A DNA stretch of 64,000 nt from Bacteroidales bacterium UBA1077 (GCA_002314195.1 DCCQ01000074.1:4933-68932), one strand, 5' to 3'. Counted from the stretch's first letter, positions 8,361-19,127 are shown. The notes: a model not told the origin generated them from the sequence alone. A program made the numbers and translations.

Positions 8361-10648
8361 TGGGTGGTGGCATTGACAAATTCATAAGAGACCAGTTGTC
8401 GGTCTGGCCGCTTGCCGCCGAGAACTATCGTGATCTCAAGAAGGTGGAGACCAAACGACTGACCATTGGCGGTCTGGAGGTCATTGTCCAGCACAATCCT
8501 TGCCGCAAAATTTCTTCCGAAGCGGCCTTGGATCCTAAATCCATCAGTGAAAGACCTTGTTTCCTTTGCCCGGAGAACCGACCGGAGCAGCAGAGCCATA
8601 TTGAATTCGAGGGGCGCAAAGGGAGGAAATACCGCGTCACGCTGAATCCTTACCCGATTTTCCCGTCGCACCTTGTGATCTCAAGCTTCGAGCACACGCG
8701 GCAATCCATCTGGCATCGTTACCAAGACCTTCTTGATTTTGTCAGCAGGCACAATGAATATCTCGGATTCTACAACGGCCCGATAAGTGGGGCCTCGGCG
8801 CCAGATCACATGCACTTCCAGGCTTGTCCTCAAGGGTTGATGCCGCTCCAGAACAGAGTGGACTCACTTCTGGCCGCCGGCGATGGCAAAGAACTGGAGT
8901 TCCTCACCAATGTCAAGGAAGCCAGACTATTCCATCTTAATGAATATGCCAACGGAGTATTCGTCCTTTGTGGCGGCACGGCCAAGTCCGTCGCTAAACT
9001 TTTTTACCGCCTTTTGGACTGCGCCCCTATGCCTGATGAATCTGACGAACCGAAACTCAATCTGCTCGCCTGGACACATGGCGGGGAATATCGTTCCGTA
9101 GTGATATTCCGGGAAAAGCATCGTCCGCACAACTATTATTCCACCGGAGCGGACCATCTTGCGATGAGTCCCGGCTGCGCCGACATGGGGGGCGTGTTTG
9201 TGGTTCCAAGACGTGAGGATTATGACAAACTTGATTCCAAGCTCCTTACTTCTGTGGTCCGTGAGATAACCGTCGATGATGAGATCGAGAAGGGCATCAT
9301 CTGGAGACTGACCAGAACTCAGCGAAGGTTGGAGGTCGGGATAATGTCCGGCCAGGAGATTGAGTTCGAGATCATTTCCGACGGGGCAGGACGACAGAAA
9401 GTTGAATATTCGGCAGGGCGCATCTCCTACAACGGAGTTCTTTACGACGAGTTGGTCTTCGAGGCTCAGACCGAGGCCACAATGTTCGCCGAGCCGTCCT
9501 TCGTCCTTTATGGGGTGACGATCGGGGTGGATTTCCATTGGGAGCGCAAGGTAACCCAGAAGTTTGCCGGCACCCTCAAGTTCATCGTGGACGGCGACAA
9601 GGTCACTGCCGTTAACATCGTGGGGATTGAGGACTATCTTCTGAGCGTGATCTCTTCGGAGATGAAGGCTTCGGCCGGGCTGGAGTTCCTCAAAGCTCAT
9701 GCTGTCATATCCAGGTCTTGGGTCATGGCTCAGATGGAGCACCGCAGAAAAACGGCCCTTCGACAGGTTCAGGGACCGATCCCGGTCGCCGGGCCATCCC
9801 CCTCGGCCGCTAAGCATGCCGAAGCGCCTGATGGTTCCGAGGTCCCTTCGATGGTTGGTGAGTTTAGTCGAACCACAGGCTCAGTGACCAAAGGCGATGA
9901 GTACATCAAATGGTTCGATCACGATGACCATACCCTGTTCGATGTCTGCGCGGACGATCACTGTCAGCGTTACCAAGGCCTTACAATGGCTGTCGGAGAC
10001 ACTGTCCGCAAGGCCATAGACCAGACGTGGGGACTTGTGCTTACATCGGAAGGCGAGATCTGCGACGCGCGCTTCTCAAAATGCTGTGGTGGCCGTATGG
10101 AAGTGTTCAGCACATGCTGGGAAGACAAGGACTATCCTTATCTCCAACCGCTTCCGGACACTCCTGACTGGACGGAAGGAGGTGATGTGTTCTGCGACAC
10201 AAAAGACGAAAAAATTCTCTCTCAGGTGCTTAACGACTACGATCTGGAGACTAAGGACTTCTACAGATGGACAACTGAATATTCCCGAACAGAGGTCTCC
10301 GACCTTGTCCGCAAACGCTCCGGAATCGACTTCGGCACAATCCGTGACCTTGTCCCGATTGAGAGAGGCCCTTCCGGCAGATTGAAAAGGCTCAAGGTTG
10401 TAGGCGACAAGAGGACGATGGTCATCGGCAAGGAACTTATCATCCGCCGCTGGCTGTCAGAGTCTCACCTCAAGAGTTCGGCCTTTGAGATAAAATGGAT
10501 CGGCGACAGACTGGTCCTTGACGGAGCCGGTTGGGGGCACGGAGTCGGTCTCTGCCAGATCGGCGCCGCCGTCATGGCCGCCAAAGGCTACACGTTCGAT
10601 CAGATCCTGCCGCACTACTACCCGGGCAGCGTTTTGGAAAGAAGATGA
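8360..10648 (+). CDS. DUF4922 (HIT-like) domain fused to SpoIID/LytB domain
   Basis: N-half RPCFLC and GASAPDHMHFQ; C-half EDYLLSVISSEM, KAHAVISRS, GWGHGVGLCQIGA...YYPG. Confidence 0.88.
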   Translation: MGGGIDKFIRDQLSVWPLAAENYRDLKKVETKRLTIGGLEVIVQHNPCRKISSEAALDPKSISERPCFLCPENRPEQQSHIEFEGRKGRKYRVTLNPYPIFPSHLVISSFEHTRQSIWHRYQDLLDFVSRHNEYLGFYNGPISGASAPDHMHFQACPQGLMPLQNRVDSLLAAGDGKELEFLTNVKEARLFHLNEYANGVFVLCGGTAKSVAKLFYRLLDCAPMPDESDEPKLNLLAWTHGGEYRSVVIFREKHRPHNYYSTGADHLAMSPGCADMGGVFVVPRREDYDKLDSKLLTSVVREITVDDEIEKGIIWRLTRTQRRLEVGIMSGQEIEFEIISDGAGRQKVEYSAGRISYNGVLYDELVFEAQTEATMFAEPSFVLYGVTIGVDFHWERKVTQKFAGTLKFIVDGDKVTAVNIVGIEDYLLSVISSEMKASAGLEFLKAHAVISRSWVMAQMEHRRKTALRQVQGPIPVAGPSPSAAKHAEAPDGSEVPSMVGEFSRTTGSVTKGDEYIKWFDHDDHTLFDVCADDHCQRYQGLTMAVGDTVRKAIDQTWGLVLTSEGEICDARFSKCCGGRMEVFSTCWEDKDYPYLQPLPDTPDWTEGGDVFCDTKDEKILSQVLNDYDLETKDFYRWTTEYSRTEVSDLVRKRSGIDFGTIRDLVPIERGPSGRLKRLKVVGDKRTMVIGKELIIRRWLSESHLKSSAFEIKWIGDRLVLDGAGWGHGVGLCQIGAAVMAAKGYTFDQILPHYYPGSVLERR
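9754..9890. repeat. cluster of degenerate REP-like copies inside the SpoIID coding sequence
   Basis: CTTCGACAGGTTCAGGGACCG (9758), CGGCCGCTAAGCATGCCGAAGCG (9803), ACAGGCTCAGTGACC (9875) resemble the intergenic palindrome. Confidence 0.75.
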
Positions 10649-10655
10649 CCCGAAA
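10646..10655 (+). repeat. left copy of 10-bp direct repeat TGACCCGAAA
   Basis: Identical to 21326-21335. Confidence 0.6.
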
Positions 10656-10693
10656 GTGAGGTTGCTTACGTTCACTTTCCAGTATAATAGAAG

Positions 10694-11236
10694 ATGTCAG
10701 TGTCTGATGACTACATAGTCAGAGGTCTTAGAAACCATGATGATGATGCTTACCGCTATCTGTTTGAGCATCATTATTCCTCATTGTGCGCCTTTGCCGA
10801 AATGATGGTGAAGGATTCCTACACGGCAGAGACGATTGTCGGAGATCTTTTCTGTCACATTTGGGAGATGAACTCCAGGCTTGACATCAAAGGAGATCTC
10901 AGATCATATTTAGTTACCGCTGTCAAGCGCCGCTGCATCAACTTCCTTGACCAGAATTTCGTAAGGAAGGAGATTAGCGGTGATTTCGACGAGGAGATGG
11001 TAACTCAAGAGAGTCCGACCGGGCAACTTCTCATGAGAGAACTTGACGGCAAAATAAAATCCGCCATAGACGCTCTTCCAGAGAAAACGCGCCGTGTCTT
11101 TAAGAAAAGCCGTTTTGAGGGAAAAACCTATGCCGAGATTTCAGAAGAACTGGGCATTTCCGTCAACACCGTGAAATATCACATGCGAGAAGCGCTTTCT
11201 AATCTTACCGAAGCGTTGGAAGGTTATATTTTTTAA
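10694..11236 (+). CDS. ECF sigma-70 factor (Bacteroidetes expansion family)
   Basis: Region 2 and region 4 (TYAEISEELGISVNTVKYHM); adjacent to a FecR gene. Confidence 0.93.
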   Translation: MSVSDDYIVRGLRNHDDDAYRYLFEHHYSSLCAFAEMMVKDSYTAETIVGDLFCHIWEMNSRLDIKGDLRSYLVTAVKRRCINFLDQNFVRKEISGDFDEEMVTQESPTGQLLMRELDGKIKSAIDALPEKTRRVFKKSRFEGKTYAEISEELGISVNTVKYHMREALSNLTEALEGYIF

Positions 11237-11308
11237 TTTTTTCAGCCCTTTCACTACCCGTACATCTTTTTTGCCTGTCTGTATTGCGTTAATCGACAAA
11301 TACACGAC

Positions 11309-12295
11309 ATGGACGACATAGATGTAATAATAGCCACCTATCTGACGGGCAACGCTTCTGTGGAAGAAATGAGATCCCTTAAGGAATGGATTGCCAAGGA
11401 TAAGGAAAATATGGCTTATTTCCAGAAAAGAAGGGAAGTTTGGCTGGCTTCAAGCGGAGCCAAGTATGATTCGGCGAATGCTTATTCGCGTTTCCAGAGA
11501 AAGGTGCATAAGCATGGGGTTGTGCGCAGGAGGACATTCTCCCGCTATCTTGCAATAGGACTTGCCGGGGCGGCATGCCTGCTGGTGTGCGTGTCCCTTT
11601 CATTCCGTAAAGGTGCCGACAGTGTCCGTGAACCGGCTGCGCTTGCTGAGTTTTCCGTGTCAGCCCCTGCTGGCTCTACAACTTCTGTAACACTTCCCGA
11701 TGGCACAATAGTGAAGTTGAATTCCGATTCGCATATCTCATATCGCCAGAGTTTCGGAATGACTGAAAGGAACATCACCCTTTACGGAGAAGCTTTCTTT
11801 GATGTGACGCACGATGAGTCGCTTCCTCTGACGGTAAGCGTCAATGGCGCCACAATCAGGGATATCGGTACAAAATTCAACATCAATGCGCATAACAATA
11901 ATGATTTTATTTCGGTGTCAGTTGTTGAAGGAAGCGCGGAAGTCCACAATCTTCTTGGCAACGGCAAGGAACACGCTGTGCTCAATGCCAGCCAGACCGC
12001 GGAGATCTCTAAGGAAGACGGGCATATGAAAGTCAGTACGCAGTCATCCCTTTCTCCGGCCGAGTGGATAGACGGAGCGATATTGTTCGAAAACTCTACC
12101 CTTGTCACCATAGCCAACGAACTGTCCCGTCGTTATAAAGTACATGTCATGATCACGAGAGAGGAACTCAAGTCCATGAGGTTTTACTGCTGTTTCGCCG
12201 GAGAGAGTTATACTCTTCAGGACATTCTGTCCTCTCTTGAGGCAACTGGCAAGGTGAAATGTGAAAAAAATGGATCCACAATATTATTCAATTAA
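11309..12295 (+). CDS. FecR family anti-sigma factor
   Basis: Single TM, then VTLPDGT.V.LN and LYGEAFFDV motifs. Confidence 0.93.
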   Translation: MDDIDVIIATYLTGNASVEEMRSLKEWIAKDKENMAYFQKRREVWLASSGAKYDSANAYSRFQRKVHKHGVVRRRTFSRYLAIGLAGAACLLVCVSLSFRKGADSVREPAALAEFSVSAPAGSTTSVTLPDGTIVKLNSDSHISYRQSFGMTERNITLYGEAFFDVTHDESLPLTVSVNGATIRDIGTKFNINAHNNNDFISVSVVEGSAEVHNLLGNGKEHAVLNASQTAEISKEDGHMKVSTQSSLSPAEWIDGAILFENSTLVTIANELSRRYKVHVMITREELKSMRFYCCFAGESYTLQDILSSLEATGKVKCEKNGSTILFN

Positions 12296-12321
12296 GTTTA
12301 ACCACAAAAATGCACAATTAA

Positions 12322-15300
12322 ATGAACCCTAGATTAAAGGCCTGCATTATGATAGTGACGGCTGTGTTGACGGGAACGGTCGCATTTGCCCAGGGAATAA
12401 ACCTTCATTTGAAGAATACGCCCGTGCGGAAAGCGATAACGGAACTTCAAAGACAGAGCGGTTATTCATTTGTCTTCGCTTCGGAAGATCTAAACACAGG
12501 GACGATAGTGAGCGTCGATGCTGACTCCATAGAGTCGGCTATCGCCCAGATTCTGAAAGGTCAGGATGTGACTTATGTTATTGATGGGACTAAAGTGACT
12601 ATCAGAAAGGCGGTCAAGGCATCTTCACCGGATATGAACATCTCCGGTAAAGTCGTTGATGAAAATGGCGAACCAGTAATCGGCGCTGCTGTGGTGCACC
12701 GGTCATCAGGCGACGGCTCCATCACAGATGTCTCCGGTAATTATGCATTGACGGCAAAGCAAGGAGATGAGATCGTTGTGTCTTCCCTCGGTTATGTTGA
12801 CAATGCGTTTGTTGTCGGGATACGATCCAAATATGATGTTGTCATGGAGGAGGAAAGAAAAAGTTTGGACGAGGCTGTCGTCATCGGTTATGGCACGACT
12901 ACAAGAAAGAACCTTACCACGGCGGTCTCCAGCATCTCGGCCGACAAGGTCACAAAGGCCGCTGTCAGCAATGTTTCGGGCCTTCTCCTTGGCCGCGCCG
13001 CTGGTGTCCAGTCAAATATTTCCAGCCCTCAGCCTGATGGAGCCGTCAACATAAGCATTCGTGGCGGCAGCACTCCTGTCTATGTCGTTGATGGTGTTGT
13101 GATGCCAAGCACTGCGGTCGAATCCAGCGCTGCCGGCTCATCCTATCTGACATCCTCGATTAACCGTTCTGGCCTCGGTGGCCTTAACCCGGAGGACATT
13201 GAGTCGATTGAGATCCTTAAAGACGCCTCCGCCGCGATTTATGGTATCGGAGCCTCGGACGGAGTTGTCATTATCACGACAAAGAAAGGTAAGCAGGGGC
13301 GTCCGATGGTGTCTTATTCCGGTAGTTACTCTTGGCTGCATAACACGAGGACATTGAAGGTACTCGATGCGTCCAGGTTCATGCGGCTCACCAATGCTTT
13401 CAGCAAGGAGGCCTACTACTATAACAAAGGGATATATCCTTACGGTGATAACCTGTATGACGGAAATTGGGAGCCGGTATATTCCAATGAATATATAGCC
13501 GCCAACACCATAGACACTGATTGGACATCGAATGTCCTCCGGACAGGTACTATCAACAATCAGAACGTTACTGTTCAAGGAGGTACAGATAAAATCCGGT
13601 ACTATTTGGGTCTCAACTATTTCGATCAGGTGGGCACTGTATATAACTCGGGAATGAGAAGATATGTGATCAGGACCAACGTCACTGCGGAACTTTTCCC
13701 GTTCATCAGGCTGTCTACCACTCTCAACTATAATAACAACAAGTACAAAAATTCAACTGTCGGCGCAGACCAGGTCGGTGGTCATAGTTATGGCGCCTAT
13801 CAGGCCGCTGTCACCTATCCGCCAATCCTCGGAGCCACTGATGAGGCGGGAAATGCCACAATGTTTGGAAATGTGCCGAATCCGGCTGAACTTCTGAAGA
13901 TAGACGACTCGACCGAGAAGAACTCCATATACGTGAATTTCAACCTTGATGTCGACATCGTTAAGAATTGGCTGAAACTCAAAGGAGTGTATGGGATGGA
14001 CAAGGAGACTGTGGAGAGAAAGTACTTTATTCCTTCAACAGTCTACTTCAATCAGACATACACTTCAAGAGGACAGATCGGCACCACTAATTATCAGAAA
14101 CAGACCATTGAGGGAACGCTTGAGTTACACCATCGTTTTGGAGATGTCGTTGATTTGACGGCTGTGGCCGGCATGGGCGTGTATTACACGAATTATTTTA
14201 ATCATTATTTCTATTATACAAACACGATTGATGCGATCGGGAACGACCTTGCCGGGGTCGCGGAGGGACCTTACACGGTCAATTCCTCTCGCTCTGCCAA
14301 TGAAAAGAGGTCGCAGTTCGCGCGTGTGTCCGCCGACTTCCTTGACCGCTATGTCATCTCGGCATCGGTCCGTCGTGACGGAACAGACAAATTCTTCCCG
14401 TCAAAGAAGTACGGTGTCTTCCCTTCGGTCTCTGTCGCCTGGAAGATCACCGGCGAACAGTGGATGAAGAACGTGAAGTGGGTGAATCTTCTCAAGCTCC
14501 GTGCCTCTTATGGCCAGACAGGACGTGATAATCTCGGAACGTCATTGTATGGCGTCTATACTTTGGGGAAGATAGTCTCCTTTGATCAGGGACAGACTAA
14601 ATATCATCCTTATGTCCTCAGCGGAGAAGACTACGATGATGTCTCTTGGGAGACCACGGAAATGAAAAACATCGCTCTTGATTTTTCTGTCCTTAATGAC
14701 AGGGTGTGGGGAAGCGTAGATTTCTACCGTAATGACGAGACCAACCAGCTGCTCTACGAAAACGCCAGCTGGAAAGATATGTTCACGAGTCGTCCGGTCA
14801 ACGATGGACATTACAAAAGGCAGGGCATAGAGATTTCCGTCAACACCAGGAATATTGTCACCAAGAACTTTACATGGACTACAACTCTCAACTGGTCAAA
14901 GAATGCGACCACGTGGGTGAAAAGGGTCGCCAACTATGACTATGCCGTATATCAGCTTGACGCGGATGGAAATCCACTTCCTGATGAGCCTGTCAGCTAC
15001 TATTATCACTACAAGTCTGCGGGAATAATCAATTCAGACCGCAGCAATATGCCTGAGTCACAGATGTCGCTTGATGAATCATGGCGAATGCCTGGCGTCC
15101 CGATCATAGTTGACAAGAATAAGGATGGAATCATTGATGTCAATGATGTCTATCGTGAGAATGTAGGTGACCCGAAATTCTATTTTGGTTTCGGCAACAC
15201 CTTCACGTGGAAAAACTGGGATCTTGACATCTACTGTTACGGCCGTGTCGGAATCTCCAAATATAACAACGCCCTTGGGTATGCCAACACCTATAGCCTG

Positions 15301-15681
15301 ACTACTTTGGGACGTAACGTTGGTCTGACGGCATTCGAGGATTACAACTCAATCACCAACCCTAATGGTACACTTGTGGGTTATGCCGCTCAGAAGTGCA
15401 CCAACCTTCCTTACTCTCTTGGTGTCGACAACAACCGCGAGGATGCGTCTTTCCTTAGGGTGAGAAACATAACTCTCGGCTATACTTTCGATGCCAGAAA
15501 ACTGCGCGCGCTGAAAGGCTATGTGACTAGTGTCCGGCTTTATGCGGATGCCCAGAATCCTTTTATTTTCACGAACTTTACGATGATTGATCCAGAGATA
15601 AACACCGGAGGCGGCCAATCAACAGTTGTCAACTACCCTCAGGCAAAGACATACTCTGTCGGTCTAAAGGTTCAATTTTAA
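12322..15681 (+). CDS. SusC/RagA TonB-dependent transporter with N-terminal signalling (STN) domain
   Basis: NPEDIESIEILKDASAAIYG...GVVIITTKKG plug motif, C-terminal Phe. Confidence 0.96.
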   Translation: MNPRLKACIMIVTAVLTGTVAFAQGINLHLKNTPVRKAITELQRQSGYSFVFASEDLNTGTIVSVDADSIESAIAQILKGQDVTYVIDGTKVTIRKAVKASSPDMNISGKVVDENGEPVIGAAVVHRSSGDGSITDVSGNYALTAKQGDEIVVSSLGYVDNAFVVGIRSKYDVVMEEERKSLDEAVVIGYGTTTRKNLTTAVSSISADKVTKAAVSNVSGLLLGRAAGVQSNISSPQPDGAVNISIRGGSTPVYVVDGVVMPSTAVESSAAGSSYLTSSINRSGLGGLNPEDIESIEILKDASAAIYGIGASDGVVIITTKKGKQGRPMVSYSGSYSWLHNTRTLKVLDASRFMRLTNAFSKEAYYYNKGIYPYGDNLYDGNWEPVYSNEYIAANTIDTDWTSNVLRTGTINNQNVTVQGGTDKIRYYLGLNYFDQVGTVYNSGMRRYVIRTNVTAELFPFIRLSTTLNYNNNKYKNSTVGADQVGGHSYGAYQAAVTYPPILGATDEAGNATMFGNVPNPAELLKIDDSTEKNSIYVNFNLDVDIVKNWLKLKGVYGMDKETVERKYFIPSTVYFNQTYTSRGQIGTTNYQKQTIEGTLELHHRFGDVVDLTAVAGMGVYYTNYFNHYFYYTNTIDAIGNDLAGVAEGPYTVNSSRSANEKRSQFARVSADFLDRYVISASVRRDGTDKFFPSKKYGVFPSVSVAWKITGEQWMKNVKWVNLLKLRASYGQTGRDNLGTSLYGVYTLGKIVSFDQGQTKYHPYVLSGEDYDDVSWETTEMKNIALDFSVLNDRVWGSVDFYRNDETNQLLYENASWKDMFTSRPVNDGHYKRQGIEISVNTRNIVTKNFTWTTTLNWSKNATTWVKRVANYDYAVYQLDADGNPLPDEPVSYYYHYKSAGIINSDRSNMPESQMSLDESWRMPGVPIIVDKNKDGIIDVNDVYRENVGDPKFYFGFGNTFTWKNWDLDIYCYGRVGISKYNNALGYANTYSLTTLGRNVGLTAFEDYNSITNPNGTLVGYAAQKCTNLPYSLGVDNNREDASFLRVRNITLGYTFDARKLRALKGYVTSVRLYADAQNPFIFTNFTMIDPEINTGGGQSTVVNYPQAKTYSVGLKVQF

Positions 15682-15693
15682 ATATGCCATATA

Positions 15694-17328
15694 ATGAGAA
15701 AATATTTATCAATGATAGCGATTGCCGCCGCGGCCGTTTTGACAGCAAACTGCGAAGGCAACTTTGACCCAAAGATTTATGGTTCGTTCATTCAGTCTGT
15801 CTACCCTTCCACGGCGGAAGACTATAATTCGCTTGTCGTTTCGTGCTATGGAACGTTCAGTTCCTACTGGAACACAACAATGGGAGGAAGAACCATCAAC
15901 TGTTGGTTCGGGCCGGCATGTGGGGTGATGAAGGTTTTCGATATGCCGACAGATATCAACGCACCGTGGAATACCAAGGGAACGGACTCTTGGCTATATT
16001 GGGGGCAGGCTGACTTTACAGAGGCTATGACATATTCCCGTGGCTATTCGGACAAGTATTGCTCACATTTCCAAACCGTCTCCAATGTCACTCGAATGAC
16101 CAAGATCATGCAGACCATCCGGGACGCTTCGTCCGATGTGCTTAACGATGAAAGGAAAGAGGATCTTCTCGGTGAGATGTACCTCCTGCGCGGATTCTCC
16201 ATGTACCTGATGCTGCACAAATATGGACCTCTTCCATATGTCACTGATCCCGAAAAGGTGAAGGATACCGATGAACTGAATGATTACCGGCGTCCCAGCC
16301 TTAAGGAGGCAGCCGAACTCATAACTTCGGATCTTGAGAATGCCGTCAGATATGTTCCTGCTTATGAGGAAGTCACGGAGAAAGGCCGCTACAACAAGGA
16401 CTTCGCGAGATTCCTTCTGATGCACCACTATCTTAATGAAGGTTACTATATGGATGGATACTATGCGAAAGCTATAGAGATGTACAAGGAACTCAAAACG
16501 TCCGCGGCAGGATATGGTCTATACGTGAATGGATCCAACCCGTTCCAGGAGCAGTTCGCTTCGGCCAACAAGTTCAACTGTGAGACTATTATGTCAATAA
16601 GTGTCAACCCTGCGTCGACGGGCGCAGACTTCGGAAACTACAATGCCACATGTCTTTATATGTACCCTAACGACGCCAAGCTTGATGACGAGGCAGCAAA
16701 TCCTGAGTTCTGCAAGGCAAACACATGGTCTCAGTACTACAATATTTCTCCTTACTTTTATAATACGTTTGAGTCTGGCGACCTAAGGGCGAAGTGTATC
16801 ATCACATCCTATGTCACGAAGACAGGTGCCAATGTCGGTCCATCCAACATAGGCTCGACATGGGATGGCTACATCAACAACAAGTTCAAACCGGAACAGA
16901 AGAAAAATTACCAGCCGATGGACATTCCGATGGCGAGGTGGGCGGATGTGCTTCTGATGTACGCCGAGGCTGACGCCCGCCTGAATGGTTCTGTCTCAAA
17001 GGAGGCTTTGAGTGCTGTAAATAAAGTGCGTGCAAGAGCCGGCCTTGGCGGATTGTCCTCGGCAAAGACCGCATCAGTACATGCTTTCCTTGACGCGATA
17101 CTTGACGAGCGTGGACATGAACTGTTCTATGAAGGACAACGCAAGATAGACCTCATCAGATTTAACTGCTTCGCCCAAAAGAATTTTCTGGCGAAAGGAA
17201 TCGTCCCTAAGTCGCAGTATGTTCCGATTCCTAATTACGCCGTGCAGCAAGCGGCTGAGGCTGGTGTCGAGATAGCGCAGTATTGGCAGCGTGATGAGTA
17301 CGATCAGGATCTCGCCCGCGCGAAATAA
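15694..17328 (+). CDS. SusD/RagB family lipoprotein
   Basis: Lipobox Cys, RWADVLLMYAEA, ERGHELFYEGQRKIDLIR. Confidence 0.95.
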   Translation: MRKYLSMIAIAAAAVLTANCEGNFDPKIYGSFIQSVYPSTAEDYNSLVVSCYGTFSSYWNTTMGGRTINCWFGPACGVMKVFDMPTDINAPWNTKGTDSWLYWGQADFTEAMTYSRGYSDKYCSHFQTVSNVTRMTKIMQTIRDASSDVLNDERKEDLLGEMYLLRGFSMYLMLHKYGPLPYVTDPEKVKDTDELNDYRRPSLKEAAELITSDLENAVRYVPAYEEVTEKGRYNKDFARFLLMHHYLNEGYYMDGYYAKAIEMYKELKTSAAGYGLYVNGSNPFQEQFASANKFNCETIMSISVNPASTGADFGNYNATCLYMYPNDAKLDDEAANPEFCKANTWSQYYNISPYFYNTFESGDLRAKCIITSYVTKTGANVGPSNIGSTWDGYINNKFKPEQKKNYQPMDIPMARWADVLLMYAEADARLNGSVSKEALSAVNKVRARAGLGGLSSAKTASVHAFLDAILDERGHELFYEGQRKIDLIRFNCFAQKNFLAKGIVPKSQYVPIPNYAVQQAAEAGVEIAQYWQRDEYDQDLARAK

Positions 17329-17351
17329 TCAACGTTAAAGAATCAAGATAA

Positions 17352-19085
17352 ATGAACAGAATATTCAGAACACTTGCAGTCGCGCTTGGTTATTGCCTTG
17401 CGCTTGCTTCAGGAGGTTGTGACTCCTATGATGGCCATACCGACTTCGCGGTTCCCATGCAGGATGATCCATCGAAGGTCAAGAATCCCATTGTCGCCGC
17501 ACAGATTCAGGATAAGGGGGTCTGGGTTGATGGTGTCATCAATGGATTCGGCATCACCTTTTACCTCAAGGAGGATCCTTCAGATTGGGACAACCTACCG
17601 ATAAGGTTCACTTATGATGACAGGATTGTCTGCGAGGAAAATCTTCCCGGAACGGTTGATTTGACCAAAGACTGCACAGTCAAGGCGAAAGACAACTTTG
17701 TAGATGTCGCTTACTCCATAACCGCCGTTGAGTACTGCCCCCTTGAAAACATCATCGCCACGGTTGGGGAAGAAACCAGTGAGGGACTTCCGGGCCGCGA
17801 CAGGACGGTTACTATGCTCTTTACCTCCCAAGGGCTTGAGTCCGCTTTGGTTGAGGTCGTTTTGAAGGACGGCGCGAAACTGCTCGCCCCGTCAGTTGGA
17901 AAATCCCGGCAGGATCTGACCAAACCGGTGACAATCAAGGTTCAGGACGATATAAAGACTTATGAATATACCCTTTCGGCGATGTCTATGAATATGCCTG
18001 CCGAATGGCACAACATAACATCGTCGTACCAGGAGAAGGGTGGGGTGCTCCCAGGACATATAAAACTTTGCGAGAAGACGATTGACACAGGACTTGACAT
18101 CAACAAGGTTGCCACGACAAGCCGTGTGGTTGTGGCGCTGATTCCTGCCGGACATGTGGATATGAAGATTCAGACAGGAGATACTGGTGGTGGAGCCAAC
18201 TATTGGTATGCGACCTCCGAGCTTGGGGATGCGGTTTCTTCCAATGCCGCATACAGCCTGTTTGTCGGAGGAATGTCTGTCGGATTTCTGAAACCGGAAC
18301 TTGTGCCAGGGTATATGAATAACGGTGCTATCGGCCGTGAACCGTATGCGGACTGGAACAGTGTATATTACTATACCCCTCCGACAATAGGGGTGAAGAA
18401 CGGGAAAGCAGAGATCAATTATGCCGAGGTTGTCAACGGGAAGCTGTACAAGTTCGATACTCCCCAGTTCGGAGCGGACAAATCTTCTTTCGACTTGTCA
18501 AAAGGCGAGATATGGGATGTGGACGCATTCGTGACCGGGTATTCGATTCCTCTTCACGATGGGGTCAAGGCGGTTGTTCATGATTATAATGAGGACTATG
18601 GCTCCGCGCAGAAAGAGTACACTGCGTTATGGCAGAAGGAGAGGTGCTTTCTGTTCAGCAACCTGAAAGATGGCGTCACCCTTGACAATGGCCGAAAGAA
18701 TGGTGCCCGCAAGTTCATAGTGGATTATTGGAGCGAGACGAGTCCGTATAATGGTATGAAGTCTCTCTGGTGGGACGGCTCGCACATGGCGAGGGTTATG
18801 ATGGGAACGCGCCCCAACGGAGACTTGATGATCCTGATGGCGGAAAGGTATGCGGATTCTTTTGGAATTTACATTGACGCCGCCGGCAGCCCGTCACGAG
18901 GCATCACATTCAAGAATGGAATCACGGAACTTGCAGCTTTGGGTTGTACAGATGCCATTGCGTTCTCTATGAATGAGATGGCGGCCTGTGCGATTCAGAA
19001 TGGCGCCAACGGGCTTGATGTCACAAAGAGCCTTAGGACGAAGGATAATGATGTGAAGAATTCAACCTATATCATGTTCAAGTAG
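17352..19085 (+). CDS. surface lipoprotein with Ig-like repeats and a divergent phosphodiester-glycosidase (NAGPA-like) domain
   Basis: Lipobox GGC; two DLTK.(C/V)T.K repeats; C-terminal ARVMMG...LMILMAE...RGIT...LAALGCTDA resembles the NAGPA pattern. Confidence 0.6.
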   Translation: MNRIFRTLAVALGYCLALASGGCDSYDGHTDFAVPMQDDPSKVKNPIVAAQIQDKGVWVDGVINGFGITFYLKEDPSDWDNLPIRFTYDDRIVCEENLPGTVDLTKDCTVKAKDNFVDVAYSITAVEYCPLENIIATVGEETSEGLPGRDRTVTMLFTSQGLESALVEVVLKDGAKLLAPSVGKSRQDLTKPVTIKVQDDIKTYEYTLSAMSMNMPAEWHNITSSYQEKGGVLPGHIKLCEKTIDTGLDINKVATTSRVVVALIPAGHVDMKIQTGDTGGGANYWYATSELGDAVSSNAAYSLFVGGMSVGFLKPELVPGYMNNGAIGREPYADWNSVYYYTPPTIGVKNGKAEINYAEVVNGKLYKFDTPQFGADKSSFDLSKGEIWDVDAFVTGYSIPLHDGVKAVVHDYNEDYGSAQKEYTALWQKERCFLFSNLKDGVTLDNGRKNGARKFIVDYWSETSPYNGMKSLWWDGSHMARVMMGTRPNGDLMILMAERYADSFGIYIDAAGSPSRGITFKNGITELAALGCTDAIAFSMNEMAACAIQNGANGLDVTKSLRTKDNDVKNSTYIMFK

Positions 19086-19098
19086 TAAATGTTGTTTT

Positions 19099-19127
19099 TC
19101 TCCCTGCCGTTTTTGGCGGCAGGGAGA
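19099..19127. other. intergenic stem-loop (terminator or mRNA-stabilising hairpin)
   Basis: TCTCCCTGCCG / CGGCAGGGAGA perfect 11-bp stem. Confidence 0.6.
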
